A stretch of 64,000 nt of DNA from Macrostomum lignano (taxonomy: Eukaryota): assembly GCA_002269645.1 (NCBI GenBank), contig NIVC01000344.1:62001-126000 (forward strand), in the 5' to 3' direction. The notes beneath the pieces are model-generated. The model saw only the letters and a program-made list of their open reading frames with translations. It was not told the origin of the DNA and searched no databases. Positions 22,904-36,600 of the stretch are shown here, in pieces (within the stretch, counting starts at the first letter, position 1; every line of letters begins with the position of its first letter). The translations under genes were made by a program, and so were the position numbers.

Positions 22904-24318
22904 GAATGATGTGGTCTCCATCTTTCTAGATCCCATCTGTCGAGTCTGACTCCAGCCTCCCAGATTCTGTGTAGCACCTTTCCAGATCTCCCTATTCCTT
23001 TTTGTAGTACAACATGTGTACAACATGGGTTTTGCCTCTCAGCTCCCGATGTGCAGCAGTGTAAAATATTCAAATCAATGCTTTAATCATGTTAACATTT
23101 TTAACCGTTAGCATTTGTTTGATAATTATATTTAACGAAATCGAAACGCAAATTTTTTGTCGTAATGCTTGTAACTTCACTTTTTTTATCTATTTATCTC
23201 AATTATTGTGTAATTTGAATGCTTCTCTTTCGGTAAATTTCATATTTTTGTCATGTTATTTGACCTAGCTAGTTGACAATTACGGCATTTTTATTTATTA
23301 TTATTGTTGTTTTTAATATATACCGCTGTACATGCAATAACAGTGCTTTTGTGCATCAGGTATTGTGTCTTTATTTTTAGGTTCAATCTATATTTGAATT
23401 CATGTCAACAATTATTATTGCGTCTTCTGCTTCAACTGTATTTTACTATTACTTTCGTTCATATAATGATGCTGCGCTTAGCCTTGACTGAGTTGAAATA
23501 TACTTATTTTTTTAAATTATTTTTATACGCGGGTATTTAATCACAATTTTGTTACTTCATTAACAGAAGGAATGCCAAGCCAGTTTTCCCGCCCGCAAAG
23601 AACAATACACAAACTAACTTTTTGTTGCGCACCTTCTCAAACAAGAATTGAATCTCCAGCCCTCCGGACCGTCGAGATATTCGACGATTCTGCCAGAAGG
23701 TCGGATTTTTTTCCATAAGCGCTGGTGTATTCAGTACAGCCCTGAGCGACAATCAGCACTGCGCCTCAGTGCAGCCTTGCCAAGCCTCCAAATTTCATCA
23801 GCACGTCGACCACATGTGTCTGCATCAGCTGTGACTTCGTTGAATGTTCACTGGCCTTCACCATTCACCAGCGGAGCTTCTGGACCTTCAACAAGGTGGC
23901 ACCAGGTGACTATGGACACCCTGTTGCGAATTTCTCTAGTTACGCTGATCAAGCCTCGACAGTATGCAAGCCTTAACTGCTGGACATCCTCAGCTGGTCT
24001 CTCCAGCATTCCGTCATCATCTCACCACCGTTGGTACCTTTAACAGATGGCACCAGGGGACTATTAGATTCCTGTCGCTTCCGACAACTTTTCTATTGTA
24101 TGTTAGACCGCCTAATTATAATTGTAGCTATCTTTAACATGCCTTCTTCAACCTGCTATTTCAGAGCTAGCTCAATGCGCCCACCGCAACCAACGCCGCT
24201 AATTCTTTTATAATATTGTTAGAAGACTCTGCGGAGTTGGGCTCTGCCTGAATCTGTGGCGAAAAACCACGCACCAAGGAGGCCCGGTTTTCGATCTTCG
24301 TTTGTTTTCATTGTTTTA

Positions 24319-24621
24319 ATGTGCGACGCATTGCCTAGCATACCTGAGGATGGCGCTAGCGGTCGCGGCGGCGGCGACAGCTGGCACCTAGACGGTGGCG
24401 GCAGTAGCTATTTCGGCGGAGTCGACGACAACGGCGGTTACGACGGAGGCGGCGCAGCGGCAGCCGAACAGCTGATGGTCAGCCTGCTTGATGAGCGGGA
24501 CAGGCTGGTTGAATCGCTGCGCGAGTCGCAAGACCGCTTGGCCGAGGAGAAGCGCTCGGCCGAGACTGCCCGGATGGACAGAAACCGCATGATGAAGCAT
24601 TTGGAGGCTGGGGTGCCCAAG
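24319..24621 (+). CDS. PPFIA: Liprin-alpha exon 1
   Basis: [12 protein letters not shown]...[20 protein letters not shown]...GVPK|GTGAGT. Confidence 0.92.
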
Positions 24622-27600
24622 GTGAGTCTGAGACCGCATGATGAAGCATTTGGAGGCTGGGGTGCCCAAGGTGAGTCTGAGACCGCATGATGAAGCATTT
24701 AGAGGCTGGGTGCCCAAGATGAGGCTGAAACTGCATGAGGAAGCATTTGGAGGCTGGGGTGCCCAAGGTGAGTCTGAGACCGCATGATGAAGCATTTAGA
24801 GGCTGGGTGCCCAAGATGAGGCTGAAACTGCATGAGGAAGCATTTGGAGGCTGGGCGCCCAAGATGAGGCTGAAACTGCATGAGGAATCATTTGGAGGCT
24901 GGGCGCCCAAGATGAGGCTGAGACTGCAGGATGAATCATTTGGAGGCTGGGGTGCCCAAGGTGAGTCTGAAACTGCATGATGAAGCATTAGGAGGCTGGG
25001 GTGCCTAAGGTGAGTCTGAAACTGCATGATGAAGCATTTGGAGGCTGGGGTGCCCAAGGTGAGTCTGAGACTGCATGATAAAGCATTTGGAGGCTGGGGT
25101 GCCCAAGGTGAGTCTGAGACTGCATGAGGAAGCATTTGGAGGCTGGGGTGCCCAAGGTGAGTCTGAGACTGCATGATAAAGCATTTGGAGGCTGGGGTGC
25201 CTAAGGTGAGTCTGAGACTGCATGATGAAGCATTTGGAGGCTGGGGTGCCTAAGGTGAGTCTGAGACTGCATGATGAAGCATTTAGAGGCTGGGTGCCCA
25301 AGATAAGGCTGAGACTGCATGATGAAGCATTTGGAGGCTGGGGTGTCCAAGGTGAGTCTGAGACTGTATGATAAAGCATTTGGAGGCTGGGGTGCCCAAG
25401 ATGAATCTGAGACCGCATGATGAAGCATTTGGAGGCTGGGGTGCCCAAGGTGAGTCTGAGACTGAATGATGAAGCATTAGGAGGCTGGGGTGCCCAAGGT
25501 GAGTCTGAAACTGCATGATGAAGCATTAGGAGGCTGGGGTGCCTAAGGTGAGTCTGAGACTGCATGATGAAGCATTTGGAGGCTGGGGTGCCCAAGGTGA
25601 GTCTGAGACTGCATGATAAAGCATTTGGAGGCTGGGGTGCCCAAGGTGAGTCTGAATTAATTTTAAGTTTAAACTGCATGATGAAGCATTTGGAGGCTGG
25701 GGTGCCCAAGATGAGGCTGAGACTGCATGATGAAGCATTTAAGGCTTGGCTAGCGTTGAAGCAAGCAACCTATAAATGGGCCGGTGTATATTAAAATCTG
25801 ATTCTAAAATTAGTCTATAGATAATTCCGGTTGTGCCTTATGGCTATCGATGCTGCTGCATCCGCGAACACAGTTTTCTAATGTGTACTATTATTGATAT
25901 TTATATAAATACTTAACATCTTGCTTTTGATTGCCTGATATCTGAATATATGAAGTCCCTTTAAAATTCTTTATAAACTAATCAATAAGTAGGTAAGAGC
26001 TATGGCGGTGTCTCCCCGCCTTGTGTTGGGAACTATGCCGTGTTCCGCCGCCTTATGTCTAATTACAGTCAAAAAGTTTATGCTTCATACATAGTGAATA
26101 AATGGGATGCTCTGATAGCTCGTGCGCGGTAAATGCAAGTTTTGATGCACGCGATGCTGCTGGGGACGGAGCTGGACTAAGAGCTAGCCACGAACAGGGA
26201 TTTCTGCGATATAAATTCACCAGAGAATTGAAAGGAAGGGACTGAAACTCGGCTTTAGTGAGTAAGAAATGTGTGGGGGCTGTCTGATTAGAAGTCAAGA
26301 CGAACACATGTTTTTATCAACTCGAGAAGACGGGAACTAAAAAAATCAGAGATCCAGTGAACAGGAGAACAGTAAAGCAAAAAATCCACAGAGGAAGGTT
26401 TTACCTGGCAAAGCATTGATGCCTGATGGCGGCAACTAAGCAAACTCCGTAGGTGTATCAGCCGAAAGCCATTTCGCCTCTTCTTTTTGACCATTTTGGC
26501 TCCCGGAAGTCAATGCAGTCTGCAGATCTCACGTCTTTTCTATTCTATGGTAAATTTATATCGCAGTAGCCCATGCCACAAACAAGCAGTATAATTTTAA
26601 CGTAAAATCGTAACGGAAATTCTTCTACGATAAAAGTGGTTCAATTTATCATAGTCTATGGTTAAAAAGTCCAAAGACTTGCTTCGCTCGCATCCAGACT
26701 TTTATATACAGTTTCGGACTTTTTACCATAGACTATGATTAATTATAAAACGGCGTTGATTGTATACATAGCCAAACTGTAGCCTCGCACACCTGAAGTA
26801 CTGTTACTTCAGCGCATAGACAGAATTATGGAAGCATAGAAACGCAAGCAGATACAAATCGTATAGCCGAGCTATTTCAGATGTTAATTCAGTTCCGAAA
26901 TGGAAGAAATGGAACCGGTATTGAGCCTAAAGTACAAAAAATCCAAATCGTAACATTTTTACTTATTATTTTTCATTTTTTGCTGTTCAAAGACAAAATA
27001 TGTCTGTCAGTACATTGCTTTCTGCTTTGACAGTTCCAAATTGATTGATTAGCAATATGTTAAATTTGTTAAATAGTACTTTTTGTATATTTCTCAGAGA
27101 GAGAGAGAGAGTATCAAGGGTATTGTATCCTAGCATATCTTTCTCTTTGTCGCACACAATCTTCTATTAGGCTTCTGCTTCTTTTTACTAATTCTACAAA
27201 TGGCACTAATTAATCACTCGAGAAAAGCTAGCAAGTATGCTAAGAAGACAGGGAATAGCTTTTTGCCCGTTAGTTAAAATCTGTTGCATGCTTAAGTAAG
27301 GAAAAAGAGAGACAGACCGTGTCTTCGTTTTTATAGCGCTTTTGCGTTTACTTCGCTTTGAAGTCTGTTGAAAGATTGTCCTTGACCTATCTTCAGATTT
27401 AAGAATGGAATTAAGGAGATTATATAGCCATCACTAAAGAGAATTTGTATTCAGGTAGTTCATTTGGTTTAAGGACTTATTTCGAAATTTAATGTTACGG
27501 CTCATATTTCTATACTTCGGATTGCAGATTTATATATTTGGGATTTATATTTATTTATTTGGGATACAGATTTCTATATTTGGGATACAGATTTCTATAT

Positions 27601-30600
27601 TTGGGATACAGATTTGTATATTTGGGATACAGATTTGTATATTTGGGATACAGATTTGTATATTTGGGATACAGATTTCTATATTTGGGATATAGATTTT
27701 TTTATATTTCGGATAATATAAATATATTTCTCGTTAGACAGTTTACAATAGCACCCATTAGACAGTTTACAATAGCACCCGTTAGACAGTTTACAACAGC
27801 ACCCGTTAGACAGTTACAACAGCACCTATTAGACAGTTACAACAGCACCCGTTATACAGTATACAACAGCACCCGTTAGACAGTATACAACAGCATTCGT
27901 TAGACAGTTTACAATAGCACTCATTAGACAGTTTACAATAGCACTCATTAGACAGTTTACAATAGCACTCATTAGACAGTTTACAATAGCACTCATCAGA
28001 CAGTTTACAATAGCACTCATTAGACAGTTTACAATAGCACTCATTAGACAGTTTACAATAGCACTCATTAGACAGTTTACAATAGCACTCATTAGACAGT
28101 TTACAATAGCACCCGTTAGACAGTTTACAACAGCACCCATTAGACAGTTTACAATAGCACCCGTTAGACAGTTTACAATAGCACCCGTTAGACAGTTTAC
28201 AACAGCACCCATTAGACAGTTTACAATACATGTAGCACCCGTTAGACAGTTACAACAGCACCCGTTAGACAGTTACAATAGCACCCATTAGACAGTTATA
28301 TATCGCAGCAATTCCACCAATGATTATCCACCAATAGTGAGCCTTGATATCTCAGCAATTCCCCCCCGGTGAGCCTTGATATCTCAGCAATTCCCCCCGG
28401 TGAGCCTTGATATCTCAGCAATTCCCCCCGGTGAGCCTTGATATCTCAGCAATTCCCCCCGGTGAGCCTTGATATCTCAGCAATTCCCCCCGGTGAGCCT
28501 TGATATCTCAGCAATTCCCCCCGGTGAGCCTTGATATCTCAGCAATTCCCCCCGGTGAGCCTTGATATCTCAGCAATTCCGCCCAGTGAGAATGGATATC
28601 TCGGAAATTCCCACAATAAGCCTTGACATCTAAGCAATTATACCCCAGAAAGCCTTGAAATCTTAGCCATTCACCTTGACATCTCAGCAATTCCCTCTTA
28701 AGCATTGACATCTCAGCAATTCCCATTAGACCTTGACATCTCATTTACATCTTTGAGCTTCAAACTTAGATAGTTATTCTGAAAGTTTAAACTCAGAATC
28801 TCATAGACTTCTAGGGGATGAAAATCCTCAATGCAACCCCCCCCCCTCGCCCTCATCCGCCGCCCAGGACTCGGTCAGTCTGGTCAAGGAGGTGACGCAG
28901 CTGCGCGAACAGCTGCAAGAGCGGGACGACGAAGTTGCCGAATTGAAAGCGGAGCGCAGCAACACCCGGCTGCTGCTGGAACACCTGGAGACACTGGTTG
29001 CTAGGCACGAGAGGTCTCTTCGAATGACCGTTGTCAAACGGCAGGCCGCCTCGCCGTCCGGCGTCAGCTCGGAGGTGGAGGTGCTCAAAGCTCTCAAGAG
29101 TTTGTTTGAGCATCACAAAGCGCTTGACGAAAAGGTGGGCCTAAAAAATTCCTTATGTTTTCACTTTACGCTTTTGCACTGATTTGCATACAGGGAAATC
29201 AACGAGTCACGTCAGTAGAGGAGGATCAGGATTGAGTGTCAGGATTTGGACTGATAATATATAAGGATCAAGACTGATAGTATCAAGATCGGGACTGACA
29301 GTATCAGAATCAGGACTGACAGTATCAGGATTGGGACTGACAGTGTCAGGATTGGGACTGACAGTGTCAGGATCGGGACTGACAGTATCAGAATATCGGG
29401 ACTGACAGTATCAGGATTGGGACTGAGAGTGTCAGGATTGGGACTGACAGTGTCAGGATTGGGACTGACAGTGTCAGGATTGAGACTGACAGTGTCAGGA
29501 CTAGGACTGAGAGTGTCAGGATTGGGACTGCCAGTGTCAGGATAGGGACTGCCAGTATCAGAATCAGAACCGGCCTCCCGTCATTGCATCGCAGGTGAAG
29601 GAGAAGCTGCGCCAAGCACTGGACCGGGCCACGCGGGCGGAGACTGAGCTCGCCGCAGCCAATGAGGATTTGGCCAGACTCCGCTCCTTATCGTCAGCCA
29701 GCGATGATGGCACCGGCGCTGTTGCAAATCGACGGCAGCCGCAGGATCAGCAGCAGCAGCAAACTGCAGCATCGACTGTGGCGGCTGCGGCTGCCGGGGC
29801 CGCGGCGGCAGCGTCTGCCGAGTCAGCCAGGCGGCTGCGCGACGCCGAGGAGGCGCTGCAGGTGGCCCAGGGCGAGGCGGCCCGGGCAGTGCAGCGGGCG
29901 GAGCGTCTGCAGCGCGAGGCAACGGAATCGGAGGCGGCCCGACGCGAGGCCGAAGCTCGAGCCGCCGATCAAGAGCAGCGGTGTCTGACGGCCAGGTAAG
30001 TGGGGTAACTGCTAGTCCAACAAACTGAATTGAAGCCTATATTAGCCAAGCTCCTCTCTTCAAACAGAAGTGCAGGAAGTTTGCATTGCTTGGTGATAAA
30101 AGCAGTTGCTCGTGTACCATCTACATAATTTTGGTATACGATGCCTATAACAGCAAAGTAGGAAGTTAATACAGACACTAAGACAAATACTAAGCCCGGC
30201 ACTAAGGCAGACCCTAAGACACTAAAACAGGAACTCAGACAGACACTAAGACAGGCACTAAGGCAGACACTTAAGACACTAAAACAGGAACTCAGACAAA
30301 CACTAAGACAGAGTCAGACATTAAGACAGGCACTAAATCGAACACTAAGACATGCACCAAGACAGACACTCAGACGGGTACTACGACAGACAAGCAAAAA
30401 GACAGGCACTAAAAGTCAGCCGCTAAGGCATACGGACACAAAAAACCAATGCGTTTCCCTCCTGCCCCGATCCTCGGCAGGCGAGACGCCGAGACGGCTC
30501 AGGAGCGCTGCGACCGGTTGGAGGAGCAGGCGGCCGCCCGTGACAGCGCCCTCCGCTCCGCTGAGGCCCGGCTTCGTCTGGCCCGCGAGCAGACTGAGGA

Positions 30601-33600
30601 GGACGGCGCCGCCGAATTAATCGAAGCCCGCGCCGAGCTAGCCAAAGCTCGCGCCGAGTTGGCGCGCTTTCGCGAACGCGAACGCCTGCACGAAGAGCAC
30701 GAGGGTCGGCTGTCGGCCACGGTCGATCAGCTGCTCACTGAGAGCAACGCCCGGCTGCAGCAGCATCTTGAGGAGCGAATGTCGGCGCTTGACGAGCGCG
30801 GCCGAATCGTGTCGGATCTGGAGGCGGCCAGGCGCGAACTGGAATTGGCCGAGGCCGAGCGGGAGCGCCTGGCCGCTGAGAATGCCCGCCTGGCCGCCGA
30901 GGCTCAGCAATTGCGCGAGGCCGCCGCCGAAGCCGAGGCCGCCGCCACGGCAGCTGCTGAGGAGGCGGCCGATCTTGCCGACAGGCTGGCCAGCGAACAG
31001 GAGGAGCGGCGGGTGCTGCAGACTGTGCAACAGGTGCCTGGATTTTGCTTATTAACGACTGTGCACTGTCTGTTTATTAGTGTAAAGCAGTGTCTGTTTA
31101 TTAGTGCTAAGCAGTGTCTGTTTATTAGTGCTAAACAGTGTCTGTTTATTAGTGCTAAACAGTGTCTGTTTATTAGTGCTAAACTGTGTCTGTTTATTAG
31201 TGCTAAACAGTGTCTGTTTATTAGTGCTAAACAGTGTCTGTTTATTAGTGCTAAACAGTGTCTGTTTATTAGTGCTAAACAGTGTCTGTTTATTAGTGCT
31301 AAACAGTGTCTGTTTATTAGTGCTAAACAGTGTCTGTTTATTAGTGCTAAACAGTGTCTGTTTATTAGTGCTAAACAGTGTCTGTTTATTAGTGCTAAAC
31401 AGTGTCTGTTTATTAGTGCTAAACAGTGTCTGTTTATTAGTGCTAAACAGTGTCTGTTTATTAGTGCTAAACAGTGTCTGTTTATTAGTGCTAAACAGTG
31501 TCTGTTTATTAGTGCTAAACAGTGTCTGTTTATTAGTGCTAAACAGTGTCTGTTTATTAGTGCTAAACAGTGTCTGTTTATTAGTGCTAAACAGTGTCTG
31601 TTTACAAGTGCTAAACAGTGTCTGTTTAGTAGTGCTAAACAGTGTCTGTTTACAGGTGCTAAACAGTGTCTGTTTACAGGTGCTAAACAGTGTCTGTTTA
31701 CAGGTGCTAAACAGTGTCTGTTTACAAGTACTAAACAGTGTCTGTTTACAAGTGCTAAACAGTGTCTGTTTATTATTAATAGTCTGAAACAGCATTACAA
31801 TATTTTACTGTATAAGCCAGGCAGTTTGTCTTGTGTAAATTGTATTATTATCTTAATTATCGATTGCATGTAGAATAACTTGTTGCCATTGCATCGACCA
31901 CACGCTCTGCCACTCGCCAAAGGCTCGGGAGCAGGAATTCGCTGCAGCCGCCGCCGCTGCCACAGCCTACAGCGGCAGTGCGCAGCAGCCAACCCCGCCT
32001 CCGCCAGCAATTATGAACGGCTACAACTCCCTTGGCAATCCAGGCCGGGTTAGCCAATCCTGCCCTATGGATTACGCTAATCATTTGGTTTATTCGGATT
32101 CCGCCGAGGATGATTGGGTGTGTGTCCGGCACTGTCCGGAAGTGTCCGAAGTGTCTGTCCTGTATTGTTAATGTTGTCTGAATCACCTTCTATTGTATTT
32201 ATTTATTGACAAGCATTTGGCGAGATAATGGGACACTGACAAAATCAAAGGAATTTTTATTTCCAATAAGAGAGATTTCCCTTTCCAAAAATGGGATGTC
32301 CCTTTCCAACAATGGGATTTCCATTTCCAACAATGGGATGTCCCTTTCCAACAGTGGGATTTCCATTTACAACAGTCTGATTTCCCTTTCCAACAGTCGG
32401 ATTTCCCTTTCCAACAATGGGATGTCCCTTTCCAATAGTGGGATTTCCATTTACAACAGTCGGATTTCCATTTACAACAGTCTGATTTCCCTTTCTAACA
32501 GTCTGATTTCCCTTTCCAACAGTCTGATTTCCCTTTCCAACAGTCGGATTTCCCTTTCCAACAATGGGATTTCCATTTACAACAGTCGGATTTCCCTTTC
32601 CAACAGTCGGATTTCCCTTTCCAACAGTCTGATTTCCCTTTCCAACAGTCGGATTTCCCTTTCCAACAATGGGATGTCCCTTTCCAATAGTGGGATTTCC
32701 ATTTACAACAGTGGGATTTCCATTTACAACAGTCTGATTTCCCTTTCCAACAGTCTGATTTCCCTTTCCAACAGTCTGATTTCCCTTTCCAACAGTCTGA
32801 TTTCCCTTTCCAACAGTCTGATTTCCCTTTCCAACAGTCTGATTTCCCTTTCCAACAGTCTGATTTCCCTTTCCAACAGTCGGATTTCCCTTTCCAACAG
32901 TCTGATTTCCCTTTCCAACAGTCTGATTTCCCTTTCCAACAATGGGATTTCCATTTCCAACAATGGGATGTCCCTTTCCAACAGTGGGATTTCCATTTAC
33001 AACAGTCTGATTTCCCTTTCCAACAGTCGGATTTCCCTTTCCAACAATGGGATGTCCCTTTCCAATAGTGGGATTTCCATTTACAACAGTCGGATTTCCC
33101 TTTCCAACAGTCTGATTTCCCTTTCCAACAGTCTGATTTCCCTTTCCAACAGTCTGATTTCCCTTTCCAATAATGGGATTTCCCTTTCCAATAGTGGGAT
33201 TTTCATTTACAACAGTGGGATTTCCCTTTACAACAGTGGGATTTCCATTTATAACGGTGGGATTTCCCTTTACAACAGTGGGATTTCCCTATCTAGCAGT
33301 TGATTTCCAGTAGTTAGTAGATTATATAACTCAAGGGGCGATGAGTTATATATGAGCACGGACTTTTGAATGTTCTACCGAAGGCGCGCATTACTAACCC
33401 GCCTGGAACTTGTTATATTTTAGTAATTTATTAAATGTAAATCTGCCTCTTTTTTCTGTTTCTTTCCAAACCCTAGCCTGCCAGACATTGCTGTGTTTTG
33501 GAATTTTGGCACGCACTTCTACATATTTTTTATCTATTTGTTGTACAATTCTGAAGCTCTCCCAAGTCGCAAATGTGCTACAAGCCAGCTCTACTATGTT

Positions 33601-36600
33601 AATTACCCCGACGAATGCCTGTCTCTCCCTCTCTACGGACGCAGGCATTCGATCCGGTTCATCCTCCGGCGCCACCGGGGTCCTCTCGGCCGACTCCGCC
33701 GCCGCCACCACCGCCGCCGCCGGCGCCGCAGCACTCCGAGGCTCAGTCGCTAGCCCTGGTTATTCAACAGCAGCTGGACGCCATTAACAATGAAATTCGC
33801 CTCATCCAAGAGGAGAAAGATACCGCCGAGCAGAGAGCCGAAGAATTACAATCTCGAGTTGGCAGCTCCACTAATGTAGTTGCGGCTCCGTCGTCATGGC
33901 AACAACAGCATCATCAGCAGCGATACCAGCAGCACCACCAGATGCCGAGCAGTCCGCCTACTAGCGGGCGGAGCACCCCAGCTGGCTACTCGGTAAGGCT
34001 GGATGCTGGATTTTAATATTATTGATTTATTTTGTTTGGTTTGCTGGGGGCAAAGTGGGGGGGGGCCGTAGCCCAATAGCCCAGCGCTGCGTTCTGATGC
34101 GTCAGCGGCCCAGGCTCGATTCCAAGTGCAGTCACATTAATTTGGGGCTGAATTGGAATCTCGGCTTGGCTCTGCTCGTGCAATTAACGGCCTTGAGGAC
34201 CAATCCCCAAGGCGCAGTGAAGTGTACATGCCTAACGATAAATAAAGTTAGGGCCGCTGTACACTCCTGTGTGAGTGTGTGCCTGTGCGTATGACTGCGT
34301 ACGTATCCGCGCGCTTGTGTGCCTGCTCAGGGGAGTCGGCGGAATGGGCAGCAATGCCTCTCGCCGGTTGTGCGACAATGTCGCTTAAAGTGCGCCAGGT
34401 TGCACACAACCCCCCCACTGCCTGTAACTAAACTAAGAGAGAAACTTCCCAGGGGCTGTGTGCCTGCAGCAATGTCGGCCTGCTCATGTCGCTGATACGC
34501 ATGCAGACACGCGGTCACTTTCTGATTATCTGTTGCATATATGATTGGATTGAGAGTCTTCTGCTATTCATCATTGAACTGTTTCGCATCCCCTGCTGCA
34601 GCAGCAGCAGCACCTGTTCCCATCCGGCACCGTGAATCGGTGGCAGCGGCCTCGCCGTCGTCACCGGCTGTCCTCGTCTACGCCGCATCTGTCGGCAGAC
34701 GAGGATTCGCCGTTTCTGAACCACTGGCAGGTACAGAGATCGGGAACGCCTCCCAGTCCTTGTGACTTCTCGATACTGTCACTTTCGTCGTATACATGTT
34801 ACTAATAGTAGCATTAGCAAGTTTTTTTTCAGTTTTTTCTACTCTAACGGTTTACAGCTACTTTAAAATCGAGGGTATTCAATTACACCGAGATCGAAAT
34901 TTCATAATCCAGAACCTTCAGGATTCAGGTTTCTTGGAAATATTTTAGGAGGCAAATTTTTCTGGAAAAAATACGGAGGCTAGAGATTTTCTTTTTTTTG
35001 CGGCACAAAATTGTCATTTCTTTTGATAGCAGTTAGACCCAATGCTCATCTTTTGATACTGGTATGTCTTGCCTTTCCTGAAGCTCTATAGATATTCTAT
35101 TGATAAAAAACAGCACAACTTATCATTCTTATCTTATTGATTGCGTAGCAAAAAAATGATTTTTAACTACAATAATTCAAGCATTCAGAAAAATGAGCCA
35201 ATATTGACTGGGCTTTTTTTCATAAACATGGCCTATATTAGCCTAATAGGATATAACTAAAGCATTTTATTCGACTTCAACGAAGGCTTAACACTGAGTT
35301 CAAGGAGTATACAATCATTGCAAATTTTGTTACAATGTCAGTAAGCCAAATATGATTAAAAGATTCTTAAAACTCTGAATGAGTTGAGTTGTGATTTTTT
35401 ATTATTAGGCACAGGACATGTACGTAGTATAGCTTGCTATCAAAAGCAATTACAAATTTTTAGCTAAAACTAGCAATCTACGCCCCCCGTTGGGGAGCCA
35501 AAGAAATGCAATACACGTTTTTTTAATAAGCTACATGTATCCTTGACGTCTTAAAAAATCTCCTGTCAAACCTTGTAAGCCTTGACATGTCAGTAATTCC
35601 CCCCCACAAGCTTTAACATATCAACTTCCCCCCTTGACATCTCAGCAATGCCCCCAATAAGCCTTGGAAATCTAAAAATATCTGTCAACCTTCTAACCCT
35701 AACCCTAGCCTAACCCTAACCCTAACCCTAACCTAACCCTAAAGCATTGAAATTTCAGTAATTCTCTCTAAGAGTCATTATAGCACTACTACAGCATTAT
35801 AGCGATTCCCTGCAAGCCTCGACATCGTAGGGATTCCCAAATGAATCTCTTAACTTCGACATGAAGCTTCTTTTATTTTTTACATTACGCTTTTTTATCA
35901 GCGATCCCTCCCCTGAGGAGGCATCAAATAATGTAATAAAAAGTTTTCAATAAACTACATGTAACTTCTGGCTTTAGCCTTGAAATCTCATTTATACCCC
36001 CGTGAGCCTTGACATCTCAGCTTCCCGGTCTGTAGTCCTTGAATTTCCTAACCCAGAAACTTCACGCAGCTGTTCACAATGTACATGTACCGCTAAATTA
36101 CCTTTTTCAGCCTTACTGTGTTGTGCTTCGTAATATTCTATTGTGTAGTTCTTTGATCCTTTTTAGTTTTACTTTGTGAATCTATATGTAACTCTATAAT
36201 TTCACTGAGCACTGCATGCTTGAAACATTCTCTCTCATGTCAAGGGCCGCTCGGCGTCCACTGTGCCTCAGCATCTGCAACAGCAGCAGCTGGCCGAGTC
36301 TCCGCCAACTACGCCACGATCGGTTCGACTAGAACGCGTCGCCAGAGCTCTTGCCAAAGCGCACGAGTGAGTCTTTGTTCGTGCAGTTCTGCGTTTCACT
36401 CTTTGTTTCACTGCTAGTGATAGTGGTCTTTGTTTCACTGCTAGTGATGATGGTCTTTGTTTCACTGCTAGTGATGATGGTTTTTGTTTCACTGCTAGTG
36501 ATGGTGGTCTTTGTTTCACTGCTAGTGATGGTGGTCTTTGTTTCACTGCTAGTGATGATGGTTTTTGTTTCACTGCTAGTGATGGTGGTTTTGTTTCACT

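Noticed and set aside
22319-23026. PFPDPY-repeat ORFs
   Set aside because: Frame-rotating translations of the ~31-bp satellite.
23648-24060. GC-balanced segment with a 131-aa ORF upstream of liprin
   Set aside because: No recognisable motif in any frame I translated; could be a decayed TE or UTR. Needs BLASTx.
24586-25741. Regularly spaced repeats as a CRISPR array (also 36393-38858 and 60431-61207)
   Set aside because: Units abut directly with no unique spacers, there are no cas genes, and the context is eukaryotic introns.
31052-33303. ORFs (STNKQTLF)n, (LNSVCLLV)n and (SLSNSLI)n
   Set aside because: Translations of the 24-bp and 21-bp minisatellites; the apparent LRR-like pattern is coincidental.
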